From NCBI GenBank assembly GCA_003693705.1, contig RBZT01000423.1, positions 62,001-126,000 of the forward strand: a stretch of DNA of 64,000 nt, read 5' to 3'. Numbering within the stretch: the first letter of the stretch is position 1; each line of letters starts with the position of its first letter. Under the pieces are notes generated by a model, which ran no database searches, was not told the origin of the DNA, and saw only the letters and a list, made by a program, of their open reading frames with translations. Source of the DNA: Polymyxa betae A26-41. Its lineage: Eukaryota; Protista; Endomyxa: Phytomyxea. The position numbers and the translations under genes are program-made. This document shows positions 35,013 to 47,596 of the stretch, in pieces.

Positions 35013-37342
35013 TCAAAGTGACTTTCCATCAACTATACAATCGAGCTCAGTTGTATCTATCAGATAGTGGCAACTAGACCTACCTTGAAGCAACTGAGCT
35101 TGCCCTATACTCTGTAGCAATTCTGACAGCTCCCAGCCACTCAAGCGAATCCGACGCCGGATACGACACCTCGGTTTCCTGCCTCGATACATTTTCCAGA
35201 TCGTCTTCTCAGATATTGGTGTTCCAGTTGCAATTCGACTTTCTCCTTGAAGTTGTCTTCTTTCGACTCTTTGCATTTCCACGTGACTTTCTCGGTCTCG
35301 TTGTTGTTGTTGATGGTGTTGCTGTTGTTTCAATTGCTGTTTTTGCTTTCGTCGTTGCGGTTGCTGCTGTTCCTCGCCACCCTCTTTAGGTTCTTCATTT
35401 TGTGGAACAGGCACCAACATCCAGCCTTCGGGAGTCTCGTCAAGCGGATCAAACTCCTTACTATCAAACTCTCCATCCAGATCAAAAACAGTTAATCGTG
35501 ATGTTGACCACGATGATGATGACGAAGAGGGCCGTCGCCGCAAAGAGGAAGCTGGGAAATATGGCTCTGTCTTTACAAATCTCGATATTTCTTTACTTTC
35601 AGGTTTGATATTTTCCGGCAATAGTGAATGCTCGTTGATGTTAATCGATGACGTTCTTGGTGCAGTTACTTTTTTGCAAGTAACGGCTTCTTGCTTCACC
35701 GAGTTTGTACGGGATGATTTATCGAGTAATACTGCATCGGTTCTGTGCAATGTGACAATCCGATCGTTATCATCGAACAGAATACAATCTCGTAAGGCAT
35801 CGGTAGTTGGCTGAATTCGAGCTGCTCTTTGCAATTGCTTCTTACTTGGTACATAATTGCAGGCTGCTTTGCCTGGCAATGACGATCCAGTACCCGGTTT
35901 TGTTATTTGATCAGAATTCTTCTCATCTTTAGCAGTTGGTCGAATCGGTTTATTCCAGCATTCTATTCGGGCTTTCGCGTTTACTTTTCTCAATTGTTGG
36001 AGCTTTTTTTCTGGTTTTGGAGGAATCAAACTCTGGCAAGGCGGTTCAGCCGCCTTTTGCTCCTTATTCTCCAATTCCTTGTTAAATGTTACTTCATCAA
36101 TTTCTTCTGTCTGTTCTACAGTATTCATTTCTAGATTATCGGGTCCTGGCTGTGAAGACACCAGTGGAATTTGAAACTGCAATTGTCGGTTCTGAGGTAA
36201 GTTCGACTCTGAGCATGATGGCGGCAAATAAGTTGCAGGACGTGATAAAGAGACTTTGGCAGCTCTTTTAGCCAGTTGCCTGAAATTTCCTGATCGAGTC
36301 AGGGCGCTTCTCTTAACTACAATATAACGAGGCTGTTCGTGTTGCTTTCGAAAGGCGTTAGATGCGCGATGTATAGGTGTCGACTGCTGATCGTAAATTT
36401 GAGAATGAATTTCATCGCATATGTTTTCCCAAAAAGTTTTTCGTTCTTGCTCGCCAGAAGTGATGTAATGTGGTTTTAGCCCCATGAACCAATTCTCCTA
36501 TGATCAGTAATCAGTTATTGTTTTGAGGTACTTTGCAATCAAACGGTTAACTACCAGATCTGTCAGAATCAGCTTGAACTGACTTCGGTCGATGAAAGTA
36601 CAATTGTTTCGTATCGTAGTGGAGAAAAAATCCTCAATGGCATCCTTTAAAGTCGGATCTTGTTTTATCAATATATTGGAGATCGCCGTCAAGAAGCAAT
36701 TTAACTGTTCTGGTGCAAAACGGCCAGAAATTCCATTATCGGAATCAGTAGAATGGCTGACCAGCTCCCAAATCTCATCCAAGCAATCGTCTCGCTGGGA
36801 TGTCTCACTGGTTACAGAATCTGGCCTGTTGTCGCTTGCTTGGCAATCTCCTTGCTGATCAACTTGAACTGAACAGGGATTCAGCAAATGAGAAACTGGC
36901 TCCGAGTGTTTAAGATATGGTGAAGTATCACGAGGTACGATATGATGAAGATCTAAATGACGGAACAGGTTTCGAAATGAACTAACAGTCACGAGCTGAG
37001 CTCGGATTTGAACCCGAACCGCCATAGGCAAGCCCAATGTTCACCCCTCGCTCATCGTCATAAGATCTCGCTGCAGCGATCGTACTGTCCTAATCGAATC
37101 CCAACCAGCAAAATCTGGCATAAGTTGGCTCTATGGAAATAAAAGAAATGAATCTGACAAAATCAACAGCGTTCGTTCACAACAAAATCAGACTTTGTGA
37201 ATGGAAAAGATGCGATTGCAATGCACACATCTCTATTGTTGATATTCATCAGCCGCCCATGATATTGTAGAAAGCCGGCTCCCAGCTCTTCAAAAATAGA
37301 AGCAAAATCCCAGTATGTGTTTGAGTTGAACAACGCCAACAT
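35013..37342 (-). CDS. Hypothetical large, mostly low-complexity protein (S-rich and Q-rich tracts); 5' end uncertain
   Basis: ORFs 36504-37037 and 35013-36485 are joinable by a gttaac...catag intron; upstream exons are tentative. Confidence 0.6.
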
Positions 37343-37573
37343 GGGGCTGCTGCATTGACCTTAGAGGTAGAACCGAACGAGCCGACAAAGACCCTAATCT
37401 AATGATCACCAAAACAGGTAACTGTCAAGTTCATCATAGGCGTATTTGTAACCAGACGTATCACAATAAACGCATAATTCCCGGACAGCCGATAAAGAGC
37501 GCCGAGATGGTGATGATTTTGTTGACAATATAGCAGCTGCTTAATGGTGGCCGACAGCTGAGTCCTAAACAAA

Positions 37574-38311
37574 CTAAGTTTCAAGATATGCATTGCTCTT
37601 AGGCAGGTTCATCAGCACGATTTCAAACAGCATTGATGTGGGGGAGCGGATAAGATTGGAGCAGGACGGAATGGTCGAACAGTCAATTCCAATGGCTTGC
37701 AGTTTAGCTTGGCAAAGAGATTTGAAGAAAAAATCCATGGCAGCATCCCCAATTGCCAGGGTCTCAATCAGGAAATTCAGTCGCGATTCATTGGCAATGA
37801 TCACACGGCCAGAACGATTACTATTCAGATATTGAGCGATTTTCAGTACAAGAGCTGATGTCAAATCGTCATCGTAAATCAAATCTGCAGCAATCACTAA
37901 ATTTACATCGAATGAAGCTAAACAAAGATCCTCAGCGTGAAGGTCGATTTTTAAAACTGAAATTGGTGATCGATTCTGAGCAACATTATGCTTGCAGAGA
38001 TCCAATACATTTGGGTCACTATCGCTGGCGATGTAACTGGACGTATATGGACTCAGAGCGACTGCAATCAAGCCGGGACCTGCTCCCAATTCAAGTATAG
38101 AGGAGCGGTTTAACCTCAGAACCCCAAACTTGTGGACCAGCCAATCTATGAGTAGGACAGAACAGGGCCAGACCTGTAATCCGCATAGATCTACGTCTGT
38201 AGATCCAGAGATACAAATCTCAATTGAGCGTGTCTTGCAGCCAATAGTGATTGCTGCTGATAATATCTCATTAACAATATTCAAGGGTTCATGATTGTCA
38301 TCCCCATCCAT
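37574..38311 (-). CDS. METTL22: METTL22-like protein lysine methyltransferase (Methyltransf_16), intronless
   Basis: CGLQVWPCSVLLIDWL, ILELGAGPGL (motif I), VIAADLIYDDDLT and RLNF are characteristic of METTL22. Confidence 0.82.
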   Translation of the reverse strand: MDGDDNHEPLNIVNEILSAAITIGCKTRSIEICISGSTDVDLCGLQVWPCSVLLIDWLVHKFGVLRLNRSSILELGAGPGLIAVALSPYTSSYIASDSDPNVLDLCKHNVAQNRSPISVLKIDLHAEDLCLASFDVNLVIAADLIYDDDLTSALVLKIAQYLNSNRSGRVIIANESRLNFLIETLAIGDAAMDFFFKSLCQAKLQAIGIDCSTIPSCSNLIRSPTSMLFEIVLMNLPKSNAYLET

Positions 38312-38412
38312 AATAACAACAGAGAGATAAATTACTGCGATCTAGACCCATAGCGCAATGTGTATTATTGATTCACTATTTCAATGTCACATTATAAATA
38401 TTATAGATTTTA

Positions 38413-41400
38413 TCAGTGAAAGGGTACAAGGTTCTTTTCTGAAAGAACCCTTTGGACAGACGAATTGTTTTCAATCGCCAATTTCAATATGTCAGTGACG
38501 TGAGCTGATATTTGTTGACGATCCAATTTGAAAAATGACCTTACGCTAGGTGATGGTGGCTGGTATGATAAAACATCCATTAGGACCTCCTTCGGTGCAT
38601 CGTGTATAAAGCTACAGATTTCCAAAATTGGAGCATTATGACGGTCTTCATGATCAAAAAATGAGCAATATGTATGGTGAATCGCTAAAATATAAATCCA
38701 GCTGTCCTTGTTTTCCGCATTTTCGAACAGCACCTACAGTATGACAATTATCAGATGCTGTTATTTGTGAAAGTGAAAAATTTTAAGGCAAACAGAACAA
38801 ATCGGAAACCAAACCGAAAAATATTACATTTCTGTAGAACAACAGAAGATCAGCATCGGTCTCAGGAGGGTAGAGATAATCACAGGCAGCAAACGGAATG
38901 GGATCAGGATAACATCTTAACCGGCTCATAGTTGAAGCGCCCAAAGCTCCGCATAGAGCAAGTTTCAATTCAGTTTTGCGATGAGCAAGAATCGCCATAA
39001 GACAGGATGCAAAGACACCACTGCCAAATGATTCTTCTGCGAACACAGAAGCAACATGGGATACCAGCGACTTATCAACAGAAATTGAGAAAGACACATC
39101 TTTGAAACAGGATTGTAAAAGAGCTCGTAGCCTTGGCTCGATAGCTGACGCAAGGAAAACTTCACAGCCGAATGCAAACACCCGTAGAAGAGCTTGGAAA
39201 AGAGCACTCTTACTAAGAGAAAGACGCTGCCAAGTAGCCATTAACGACTGCAACCTGGGAACGATAACCTGGAAGTAATGTTAAAACAGATAAAAAAACT
39301 AAAATCAATCAGCATACCAAAGCGAAGTCATCACCAGAATTTTGCAAAGATTCGAGAGTCGAAGAGAGGACCCAATCGGACGGCAAAGGCAGCTGAGAAT
39401 TCGGCGCAGCATATAATGAAGTTGGAGACCAATCAGTACATAGAGATCCAAGCCAAACAACACGTAAAAGAGCCCGGAAATCGGCACTATCAAACGTGCA
39501 CATCCCGGATGCAATGATTTGATACAAGCCGGGTTCTGATCCCGGAAAGGATAATGTTGGCAATATTAAAGCATCTTCAATAACGTCATCACCAATCCAG
39601 TTAAGAATCAAAATAAGATTTGCAAATAGGGGTCCATCGATCGCGTTAACAGCAGTTGGGCAAGAACGGTAGAACGAAGCGAGTCGACGAAAATCGTCAA
39701 TATAGCCTTCTCCATGCAGAATATCAGCGAGCGCACCACAGCGTAACGCCAGAAATGATTTGACAATAAGACACATATCATCTGTGATCGAGTCGCCAAT
39801 CAGTCCCCGGAAAACATAAAGGTGGCAATCAGCATTCACTTGGCGGTCAGATGAATGTCTCATCTGGAGAAATGAAGCGAAACACGATTCCCAATATCTT
39901 CTCCAACGCTTCGCAATTGTAGAAGCGAAAGTATCTTTATCAGATTCCAAAGAAACCAATGCATTTGGAATTAGACGCAGAATTGCTGGAGAGCAGTCCG
40001 GATCAATAAAATTTTGAACGTCGTAAGCAAAGTTTCCAGGATTTTGAGCAATGAGCTTAACCAGAGAGCGCTGCAACTTTGAGTCAATCGAATTCAAATC
40101 ATTGAGAATTTTCGAGGGAATTTCGAAGAAACTGCTCTCAGGGTCGTACAAACGGAAGACCGCCGAAATGCGAATACATTCCAAAACAAGCGATGTCTGA
40201 GGCGGATTCAACAGTATCGCTTCAAGATCAGAACGTAATGAAGCCGAAATCGCATAAGCAATATCACGATCTGACTGCGCAAGCAGCCGCATCAGCCGCA
40301 ATGAAGCCAATAAAGTCACATAGTCAATATCAAATGCCCTGCGAATAAAGTCGTTTAAAACAGTTAGCATTCGGGGGCATTCCGCAATGCGCATCGCCAT
40401 CTCGCTGGAATAACCAGCGATGGCGATCAATAGGTCTAAAGCAGCATGTCGAATTCCGACATGATACGAGCCAGAGATTTCGACTAGATACCGCAGACGC
40501 TCCACTAGAAGAAACCCGGATAACTTCTGAAGAAAATCCGAGCTAGATGCGACAGGGTTTAGGAAGTGCCCGCCTTCGTAATCGAACTCATCCAGGCGCT
40601 GGAACAGATCTGCAGGGGCGATCAGGAAGAACAGCGCCTCCAAGCTGAGACAGATTTGATGGACATTGTCGGTATCTAGACTGGTCCTCAACAGCAAGTA
40701 AATTTTTTGCCTTGAGACAAGCTCAGTCCAGATTAAACTATTAAGAGAAGTCTCATTAGATGATGATGATGTTACATCCCGAGTACATGAAGACCCTGAT
40801 GACGTGGCCTCCATTATACGACAGGATGGGGTTACGGGGTCGCTCTGTGAGCGTTCATTTCTGAATAAAGATTCTTCATGCAGACGACGCAGGATAGCGA
40901 CAACGACACCAAGGGCGGCGATCCGTTGCGAGGCCACTGTCGACCGCAAAAGCAGGCACAGCTCAGCGATCGTATATCCAGCCAAGCCCGCTTCACGACC
41001 GTGATGATGAAGACCTTCGAGGACCGAGATGTCGCGATCCGAAGGAATAATTTCGCCGTTGAAACCGAAGCGGATAGGGAGATCGCGATGATCTTGGTTG
41101 ACGATGAGGTCCTGGTCGGTTATTGGGGACATCCATTCCGTGCTCAAGTGATGCTGACTCTGGATAGATTCTTCACTGCGCTGGTCTGAAGGTTCCTTCA
41201 CGATATTCGAACGCTTGGTCCATTTCTCGACAAGCTCCTTCGGTAAGGTTTGCATCAGCATTTCGCGATATTCACGACGTTGCTCATCGTCCATGTTATT
41301 GAAGAGGTTAACAGCATCCTGGGCGGCAGATGATTCGATATCATCAGATTCCTTGTAGCCTTCGGCAATGTCATTGACAGCTTTTGAAATCGATTGACAA

Positions 41401-41651
41401 TCAGGGACACTTTCAGCATCCGGTTTCGTCTCTCTTTTGCGCCGTGAAGCGAACAGTGATACGTTTTTCTTTCCCGATGAACGAGGCAAACACTGCGATT
41501 CAAATGGCGCTTGTGGAAATCCATGTGGGTGTAGTTTAGGAAGAACAGGCGATACATTGTCGTGTCGTTCATCAATAACGATATCATGGGACGATTTCCA
41601 TACACCCGATAGTCGAGGCTCTTTTGAGCTTTGATCCACGTTGGCAGACAT
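38413..41651 (-). CDS. RPAP1: RNA polymerase II-associated protein 1 (RPAP1/Rba50), 3 or more exons
   Basis: GFP and SLFA N-terminal motifs; RFGFNGEII...EGLHHHG...AGYTIAELCLLLRSTVASQRIAAL; PLPSDW; F..ESFG near the C-terminus. Confidence 0.92.
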
Positions 41652-42021
41652 TTCTGATCAGCATCAACGATGAAAAAATGACAGCGAAAAATTTGCGCCA
41701 CATACTTTTTATTCGTTTTTCTATAAAAATTCGTGACATTTTGCCTGTCTTGTTGATATTATAATTACTGTATTTGCAACTTTCAACGAATGTATTGCTT
41801 GGCAGATAGGAAATTAAAATAAAAAGCGAGCTCCTTTATTAGTCACCTTTCTGTATTTGTTGTTATTTTTAGGAAGTAGGTAAGCCGAAGATCTGAGGGA
41901 GTCTTAACTAAGATGGGCTGTCAGGGAAGTATGGTCGGTGACCGATCAGCTGAATGAAGATCGTAAATAGATATTTTGTGAGGCAGTGCCACCAGATTTC
42001 TAATGGATTATTGTTACTAGC

Positions 42022-43516
42022 ATGGATAGTGAACCAGGTGGTAATGGTATACAGCAGCAGAATGGACGAGACATGTCATTATCCCAACTTCTGCATTCAC
42101 AATCCGTCTCTTTATCAGCGACATCAACAGCCCATAGCTATTCTGTGCCACCGGATATCGAGCTGTTCTCTCTAGATCAGTTCCAAAGCTACTTCTGCGA
42201 ACGCGTCGACGTGTTACCATCTGCAAAAACGAAACACTTTCTCCAGCCTCGTCAAGCTGTATCCGCCAATAACGACTCTCCTCGAAAACCACAGACTCGT
42301 CCACAACCAAAGCTGACGTCTGTAGATCTTGAAGGTGATCCTCAAGACGTGGAGAAAGACTTAGCTTTAGAAAAGTGGTGGAGCCAAAAAAGGAAGCAAA
42401 TCAAGTACGTTGTTATCGTTACAATTTCGTTTGATAGCTGTTAACAAAAGTAAAGAGCCGAGAAAGCGTTGCAGAAAGAACAGTCACAAAGTAAGAACCA
42501 GCCACGCTGGCCGACAGAAAAACATGGTCGTAGAGTTATTATTGTTTTCGAGAACATGACGCCAGTCGATATGATTAACGAAGCACTCACGATCGTTTCG
42601 TCTTTCGATCCGGATAGTGAAAGAGTGCCTTCGTAAGGACACCAGTTCGTATAATCATGTCATTTGATTGATTGTCAGGAGGTTTGTAATTCTGCTTGCA
42701 GAACTCGAGCGAGTACGAAGGATTCAACAAGAAAAGCTTGAACTGCAAAATCGGCTTCTTAAGAAACACACTACAAGATACAGTTCAACAATCCGTCATC
42801 GTTATGACTGGAACCAACCTCATATGGATCGTCCTCGTCGTGTTCAGCAACGTACTTTAACTCAAAGGCCGCCCAAACATAAGCTTCGTCTTTCCTGGAA
42901 TCACACGATATACGTCAGTGTTGCATATTCGAGAGTGCCAAAAACTAGTCACCACTGCCGTTGCTTGCTTGATTCTAGCAGCAAAGAATTAACATTCACT
43001 CCAAATATTTCGCGACCTCCTCGCGGATATAAACCCAGGCTGAAGATCTGGTCACGTCTTTACAATCATGCCCGGCAAATGATAAGGCGTCGCCGGGTGG
43101 ACCAAGAACTGAGGAGAAAGCAGTTGCAAGAGCAAGAAGTGGAAGGCTGTACATTTTCTCCGGAGTTGCCTTCATCTCCAAGACGCTTGCATTCTGAAGT
43201 CGATGTCATTCAGAGGCTGCATACAGTTGATTTAGAAAGAAGAAAAGCAGCTTGGAATGAACTAATCCGCAAAACAAACAAAGAAATCGAGTCGATTTGC
43301 ACATTTAAGCCCAAAATACCGCCCCGCCTACCGATTACGAAGCATCCGGAAAGCCAATCAAGAAGGCAGAACGACAATCCGGATGGGACGGCATCGCCGG
43401 GAACACATTTCCTGAGAAAGCCGTCTAGGAGAAATGACAAAGCTAGACTGCAAGATGTGACAGGAACTGATGCTGATATTAAACTGCACAGAGGATCTAG
43501 ATCATGTCTCTTATAA
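42022..43516 (+). CDS. Basic coiled-coil protein with repeated (C)TFxP and RL[YH] motifs; candidate cytoskeletal/flagellar protein
   Basis: ORFs 42022-42444 and 42668-43516 are linked by small exons; motifs LTFTPNI, CTFSPEL, CTFKPKI alternate with WSRLY and IQRLH. Confidence 0.65.
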
Positions 43517-43625
43517 AACATATTGCTAGATTACCATTCAGTATCGCCCTCCATACTGTAATCAGCACTAAAATTATTGCGTTTATCAAGTTGACTGTAA
43601 ATTTGGTAACAAAGCCAGAGTGTGT

Positions 43626-44336
43626 CTAATGACCCTCAACATCATCTAATTGTAAGAGATGATTATGCATATCATCCCGATATGGCATCAAGTTCCTCAT
43701 TGGTGTCTCTCTCTGACCATGTTCGAAACATGACATAAGACGTCGGATCCAGGCATGACATCCACTCTCGTGATGCTCCTCCTTCATCTCTACCATGACG
43801 CTGTCAAGGTCGCCTGATCTAATCTTTTTGTACCTCTGCAACCGAGGTCGCGCCACAATCACGACATCGTCGATCTTGTTCAGCAGCTGCAGCGATGCTC
43901 TCGTTGCTGGATTGCGACGAGCCGTTTCCAGCATGACGTCCAACGATTCAGCTGGAGGACAAGCAAGTCCTGGCCTTAATGTTCCAATCGAGAGACGACG
44001 TACTTGTAATGAGTTTGCATCTAATGGGAAATCCTCTGGAATTGACGCCAACCCGATCGGCGATTCTCCACACTTGCGCTTAGCCGATCTGGTTGAAGGG
44101 GGAGATGGCTGTTCGCCTGCAGGTTGTTTCGTAGGTGTCGATTCGTACTCAAGTTTGGATTCGTAACGAGACTCTTCTCCAGCCACACGTATAGGGACAT
44201 GTTTACGCTTGCCAACTGGGCCCAAACGTGGCCGTATTCTGGACGGATTTATGGTCTCTCCAAGCGTATCGAATTCAGCGGTGATTAAGTCGGATTGCAG
44301 CCGCAGGGCCAGATCGCCATCAGGCAGCGACATCAT
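43626..44336 (-). CDS. Hypothetical intronless protein, 236 aa
   Basis: Long ORF with ATG; disordered composition with SP/TP sites; no family recognised. Confidence 0.6.
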   Translation of the reverse strand: MMSLPDGDLALRLQSDLITAEFDTLGETINPSRIRPRLGPVGKRKHVPIRVAGEESRYESKLEYESTPTKQPAGEQPSPPSTRSAKRKCGESPIGLASIPEDFPLDANSLQVRRLSIGTLRPGLACPPAESLDVMLETARRNPATRASLQLLNKIDDVVIVARPRLQRYKKIRSGDLDSVMVEMKEEHHESGCHAWIRRLMSCFEHGQRETPMRNLMPYRDDMHNHLLQLDDVEGH

Positions 44337-44751
44337 TCAGATTTACGAATCGATCAATAACCGAGTACCATTCTGTGTTTTCGGATCGCAATCGATATCT
44401 TTGTATTGACATCAACCTCAATATAAATTCTAGACGTTATCGGCGGTTATTAACTCAGGCACAATAATGTCATTGATAATGTCTGATGATAGTTACCATG
44501 ATATTGCTATTTTCTGAGATCTGGCCAACCACGATCCAGATGTCATTATGGATAATTTCCAAAGACGTAGTAAACAGTCATGCGACAGTTTCCAAAAGTT
44601 ACGTTCCAGGAATAACTGCTTGCCTGCAACTAACTTTGTTAGAGAGATTATTCAGTTTATCATATCGTTTCTGTGCATTCGAGACAAAATGTCCCAAAAA
44701 CCTTTGCTTTGATGAACAAGCCAAAGTCCATAGATTCGATAGCAGTGATAT

Positions 44752-45183
44752 TCAGGTAGTGTTCTTCTTGTTGGACGATGGAGATCCAACACGGCCCCAT
44801 TCGACATCGACCGGGACTGCACTACCGCCTTTGCTTGGCCAGATATAGCTATCTGCTGATTGAATGCTATGTGTGAAGATGGTTGGCTTCTGGGACGGCG
44901 TCGCTGCATCATTAAGGGCGGCGGCCGCCGAAAACTGGCTCGCCAACGGCAACCGATTTTTCTTGGGCTTGGGTGAATGCTCTGAGCTTGGCTCCTCCAT
45001 ATGCTGAACCTGTTGCTGATCGTTGCCGACCGACGCCGAATTCTCATCCTCGAACAATGTGAATTTGTGAGCCGCCCGACGTCGTTGAACAGCCCGAGCA
45101 ATGCAGACGATGGCGGTGATGAGAATGACAGCGATAATTAACGCTAGGAATACATAGCCAACTGTCTCACCTGCAGAACTCAT
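44752..45183 (-). CDS. Small single-pass membrane protein (N-terminal signal-anchor), 143 aa
   Basis: Hydrophobic VGYVFLALIIAVILITAIVCIA followed by basic RAVQRRR and a disordered tail. Confidence 0.7.
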   Translation of the reverse strand: MSSAGETVGYVFLALIIAVILITAIVCIARAVQRRRAAHKFTLFEDENSASVGNDQQQVQHMEEPSSEHSPKPKKNRLPLASQFSAAAALNDAATPSQKPTIFTHSIQSADSYIWPSKGGSAVPVDVEWGRVGSPSSNKKNTT

Positions 45184-45454
45184 GGGTCGCTCAGATTGTA
45201 TTGCTGCACTTCAATTTAGCATGATCATTACGACCCTCCTGCCGATCGCTTCTCCGTACTAAGAACGTTGCAACAAATGTGTTCACTGAGGATCTGATAC
45301 AATACCTATTAAAGCATAGCCTATAATAACAAAAACGAAACTGAACTCTCCTCCTTTAGCAAGTATAATCGTCATACACGACTTCATGCATCTATACGAC
45401 AAACGACTTCGAAATTACAAAGTTTGGTAGTTGCAGATTTCATGAAAATAGCAA

Positions 45455-46387
45455 TTATATTGTAGCCTGAACTGATTTCGATACGATCATGTTGACTCTG
45501 GAATGGCAAATACTACAACGCGCTGTTTGCCTTGGTTGATTTTGGCTGCATTTGTAGCACAATCCCAAATGGCGGCACGATTTGAATGCAATTCTGGCAG
45601 CTGCATCACCACATCGTTGACACATGCCATCAGATGCCGGGGATATCGTCGAGGACAGCTCACCGCATGGCGGCGTATTTCTGTGGCGGTCGGAATCCAG
45701 GCTAGACAGAGCGGATACGAGATCGTGTAGCTGGGTGCGACAAACGTATACTTTATCGAGCTCCCGTTGAACACGTGATTGCTTTCCGTTGACGAAAGCG
45801 TCGCGAGCGAAGTCGTTGCCCGACTCGATCAGGCGCTGACCGACTTCCAGAATCGTCCCGATATCGGTTGCCAGCTGAATATTCCTCAGCAAGCGGCCAC
45901 GGATCTGTTGCAGCTTCCGATCGATCTCCAGACGATGCTCAGCTAGTCGCACGACGTCGTTCAAGGCTATGGTGCTGGCCTCGGGCAGCACAGCCGATAA
46001 TCGATTAAGCGCAGCCTGATTGGCGTTTCTGGCAGCGATCAGTTTGGGAACCTGACAATTGACGATATGGACGAGCTCGTTGGTCTCTGTTACGATCGGG
46101 AACGACTCCGACCATGCCAATTGGCGCTGGCGCAAAGCGACGATCAGGTGCTGGCTTGAATACGCCTCGATAGAATCCAGCTTGACGGTCATCTGGCCCA
46201 AAACGAGTCCATCGTGAGTTAACAATCGGATCTGCTCGTCGTAGCCGATGTGGACCAGCATGGGTCGTGCCCGTTTTCGAAAGAACATGTTGCGCTTGCG
46301 ACGAAGTCGAACTTCGATTCCGCTCCACATCAAATGGATTGATATACGCATAGGCCCTGTAATCCGATAAGAATCACAAATAAGCAT
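45455..46387 (-). CDS. Coiled-coil protein with C-terminal C3HC4 RING (IAP/MIB-type), intronless; likely start near 46288
   Basis: CQRC...CRHLGLCYKC...CSIC: eight-ligand RING spacing at the extreme C-terminus. Confidence 0.8.
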   Translation of the reverse strand: MLICDSYRITGPMRISIHLMWSGIEVRLRRKRNMFFRKRARPMLVHIGYDEQIRLLTHDGLVLGQMTVKLDSIEAYSSQHLIVALRQRQLAWSESFPIVTETNELVHIVNCQVPKLIAARNANQAALNRLSAVLPEASTIALNDVVRLAEHRLEIDRKLQQIRGRLLRNIQLATDIGTILEVGQRLIESGNDFARDAFVNGKQSRVQRELDKVYVCRTQLHDLVSALSSLDSDRHRNTPPCGELSSTISPASDGMCQRCGDAAARIAFKSCRHLGLCYKCSQNQPRQTARCSICHSRVNMIVSKSVQATI

Positions 46388-46527
46388 GCAAGGGTCATAT
46401 TGGACAAAGACGGCGAAAATTCGAGCAGATGCAACAAATAACTATATTGAACGAATGCGATTTTGAACAAATCAGAGGTGAAATAGGAATCATGAAACAC
46501 AGCAAGCTGTGTCGATAATAAACTAAA

Positions 46528-47346
46528 CTAAAAGGTGGACCAACCTCTATCATCAATCAAGGCTGATACAGCAACGCCTTTCAGACCGCGTTTCAGAATC
46601 CGTCGAGCACCGACAGCTAGTTTAGCAATCACGCCGAGTTCGTAGTCCTTCATGTGCTTGCCCAAGCATCTGGCCGAGTACCCGGCAACCAGCAGGGCCT
46701 GGACGACACCGTAATACCGGCGTCCAGCCGCCAGACGTACCGGGCACCGCCCGCGATCGCATTGGCTGCCCTTGATGTGCAGGCGGGACAGCATGACCTG
46801 CAGCGATCGAACGCTGTTATTGGCAGCAGCGACACGAACAGCATCTAGAGACGAACGATGCCAGCCGCGCTGCAGCAGCGCATGAACAACAGCGACACAA
46901 TCTCGGCTGGCGGCCAGCATTAGCGGTGACCAGCCCAGAGCATCGCGGGCGTCGCCATCAACACCGGCGTCCAATAGCCACATAACAATGTGCAGATGGC
47001 CGGCTTCGGCAGCGATTTGTATGAGACGCCAGCCGCGACGATTGGCGCCGTTCAGGTCGATACGATCAGCAACAGCGATCGATTTGAGACGTTGAAGATC
47101 GCCATGGGCAACCAAAGAGATGGCTTCAGAGAAGGCAACAGATAGACGCTCGGTGTCCAGCTCAGTTCGGCGAGGTGACATCGAACATGCGTCTAGAGAG
47201 CGGAATTCGTCGCCGGCGATTAACTGATAAGAACAGCGGCTGGGTGGCCGTGATCTTCGTTGTCGCCGAGAACAAGACGAGGCAGCGCCGGTGGTGGACG
47301 ACATTAATGAAGATGAGGCGGAAGATAGCTGAATCATGACAACCAT
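46528..47346 (-). CDS. Ankyrin-repeat protein, intronless
   Basis: GWRLIQIAAEAGHLHIVMWLLDAGVDGDARDALGWSPLMLAASRDCVAVVHALL and GRCPVRLAAGRRYYGVVQALLVAG. Confidence 0.88.
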   Translation of the reverse strand: MVVMIQLSSASSSLMSSTTGAASSCSRRQRRSRPPSRCSYQLIAGDEFRSLDACSMSPRRTELDTERLSVAFSEAISLVAHGDLQRLKSIAVADRIDLNGANRRGWRLIQIAAEAGHLHIVMWLLDAGVDGDARDALGWSPLMLAASRDCVAVVHALLQRGWHRSSLDAVRVAAANNSVRSLQVMLSRLHIKGSQCDRGRCPVRLAAGRRYYGVVQALLVAGYSARCLGKHMKDYELGVIAKLAVGARRILKRGLKGVAVSALIDDRGWSTF

Positions 47347-47596
47347 GACTCAATCTATCTCAGTCCTGCCATTGGGTGATATTCAGCGGCACCCAGAGTC
47401 GGAGACTGGTTGTCGCCTTGTCTCACCGCATCAGATTCACCATATGATAATACGAGCCTGCTGGATGCCTCATGTATCAGCAGACCAACAAAGCTTTGCT
47501 CGAAATGTAACAATACTTTTTTCTTTTCGTTTAACGCACTTTTTGCAACATGTTGTTTCCAGGGTGCGGTAACCTGGGATCTTTCAAATTGTCGCG

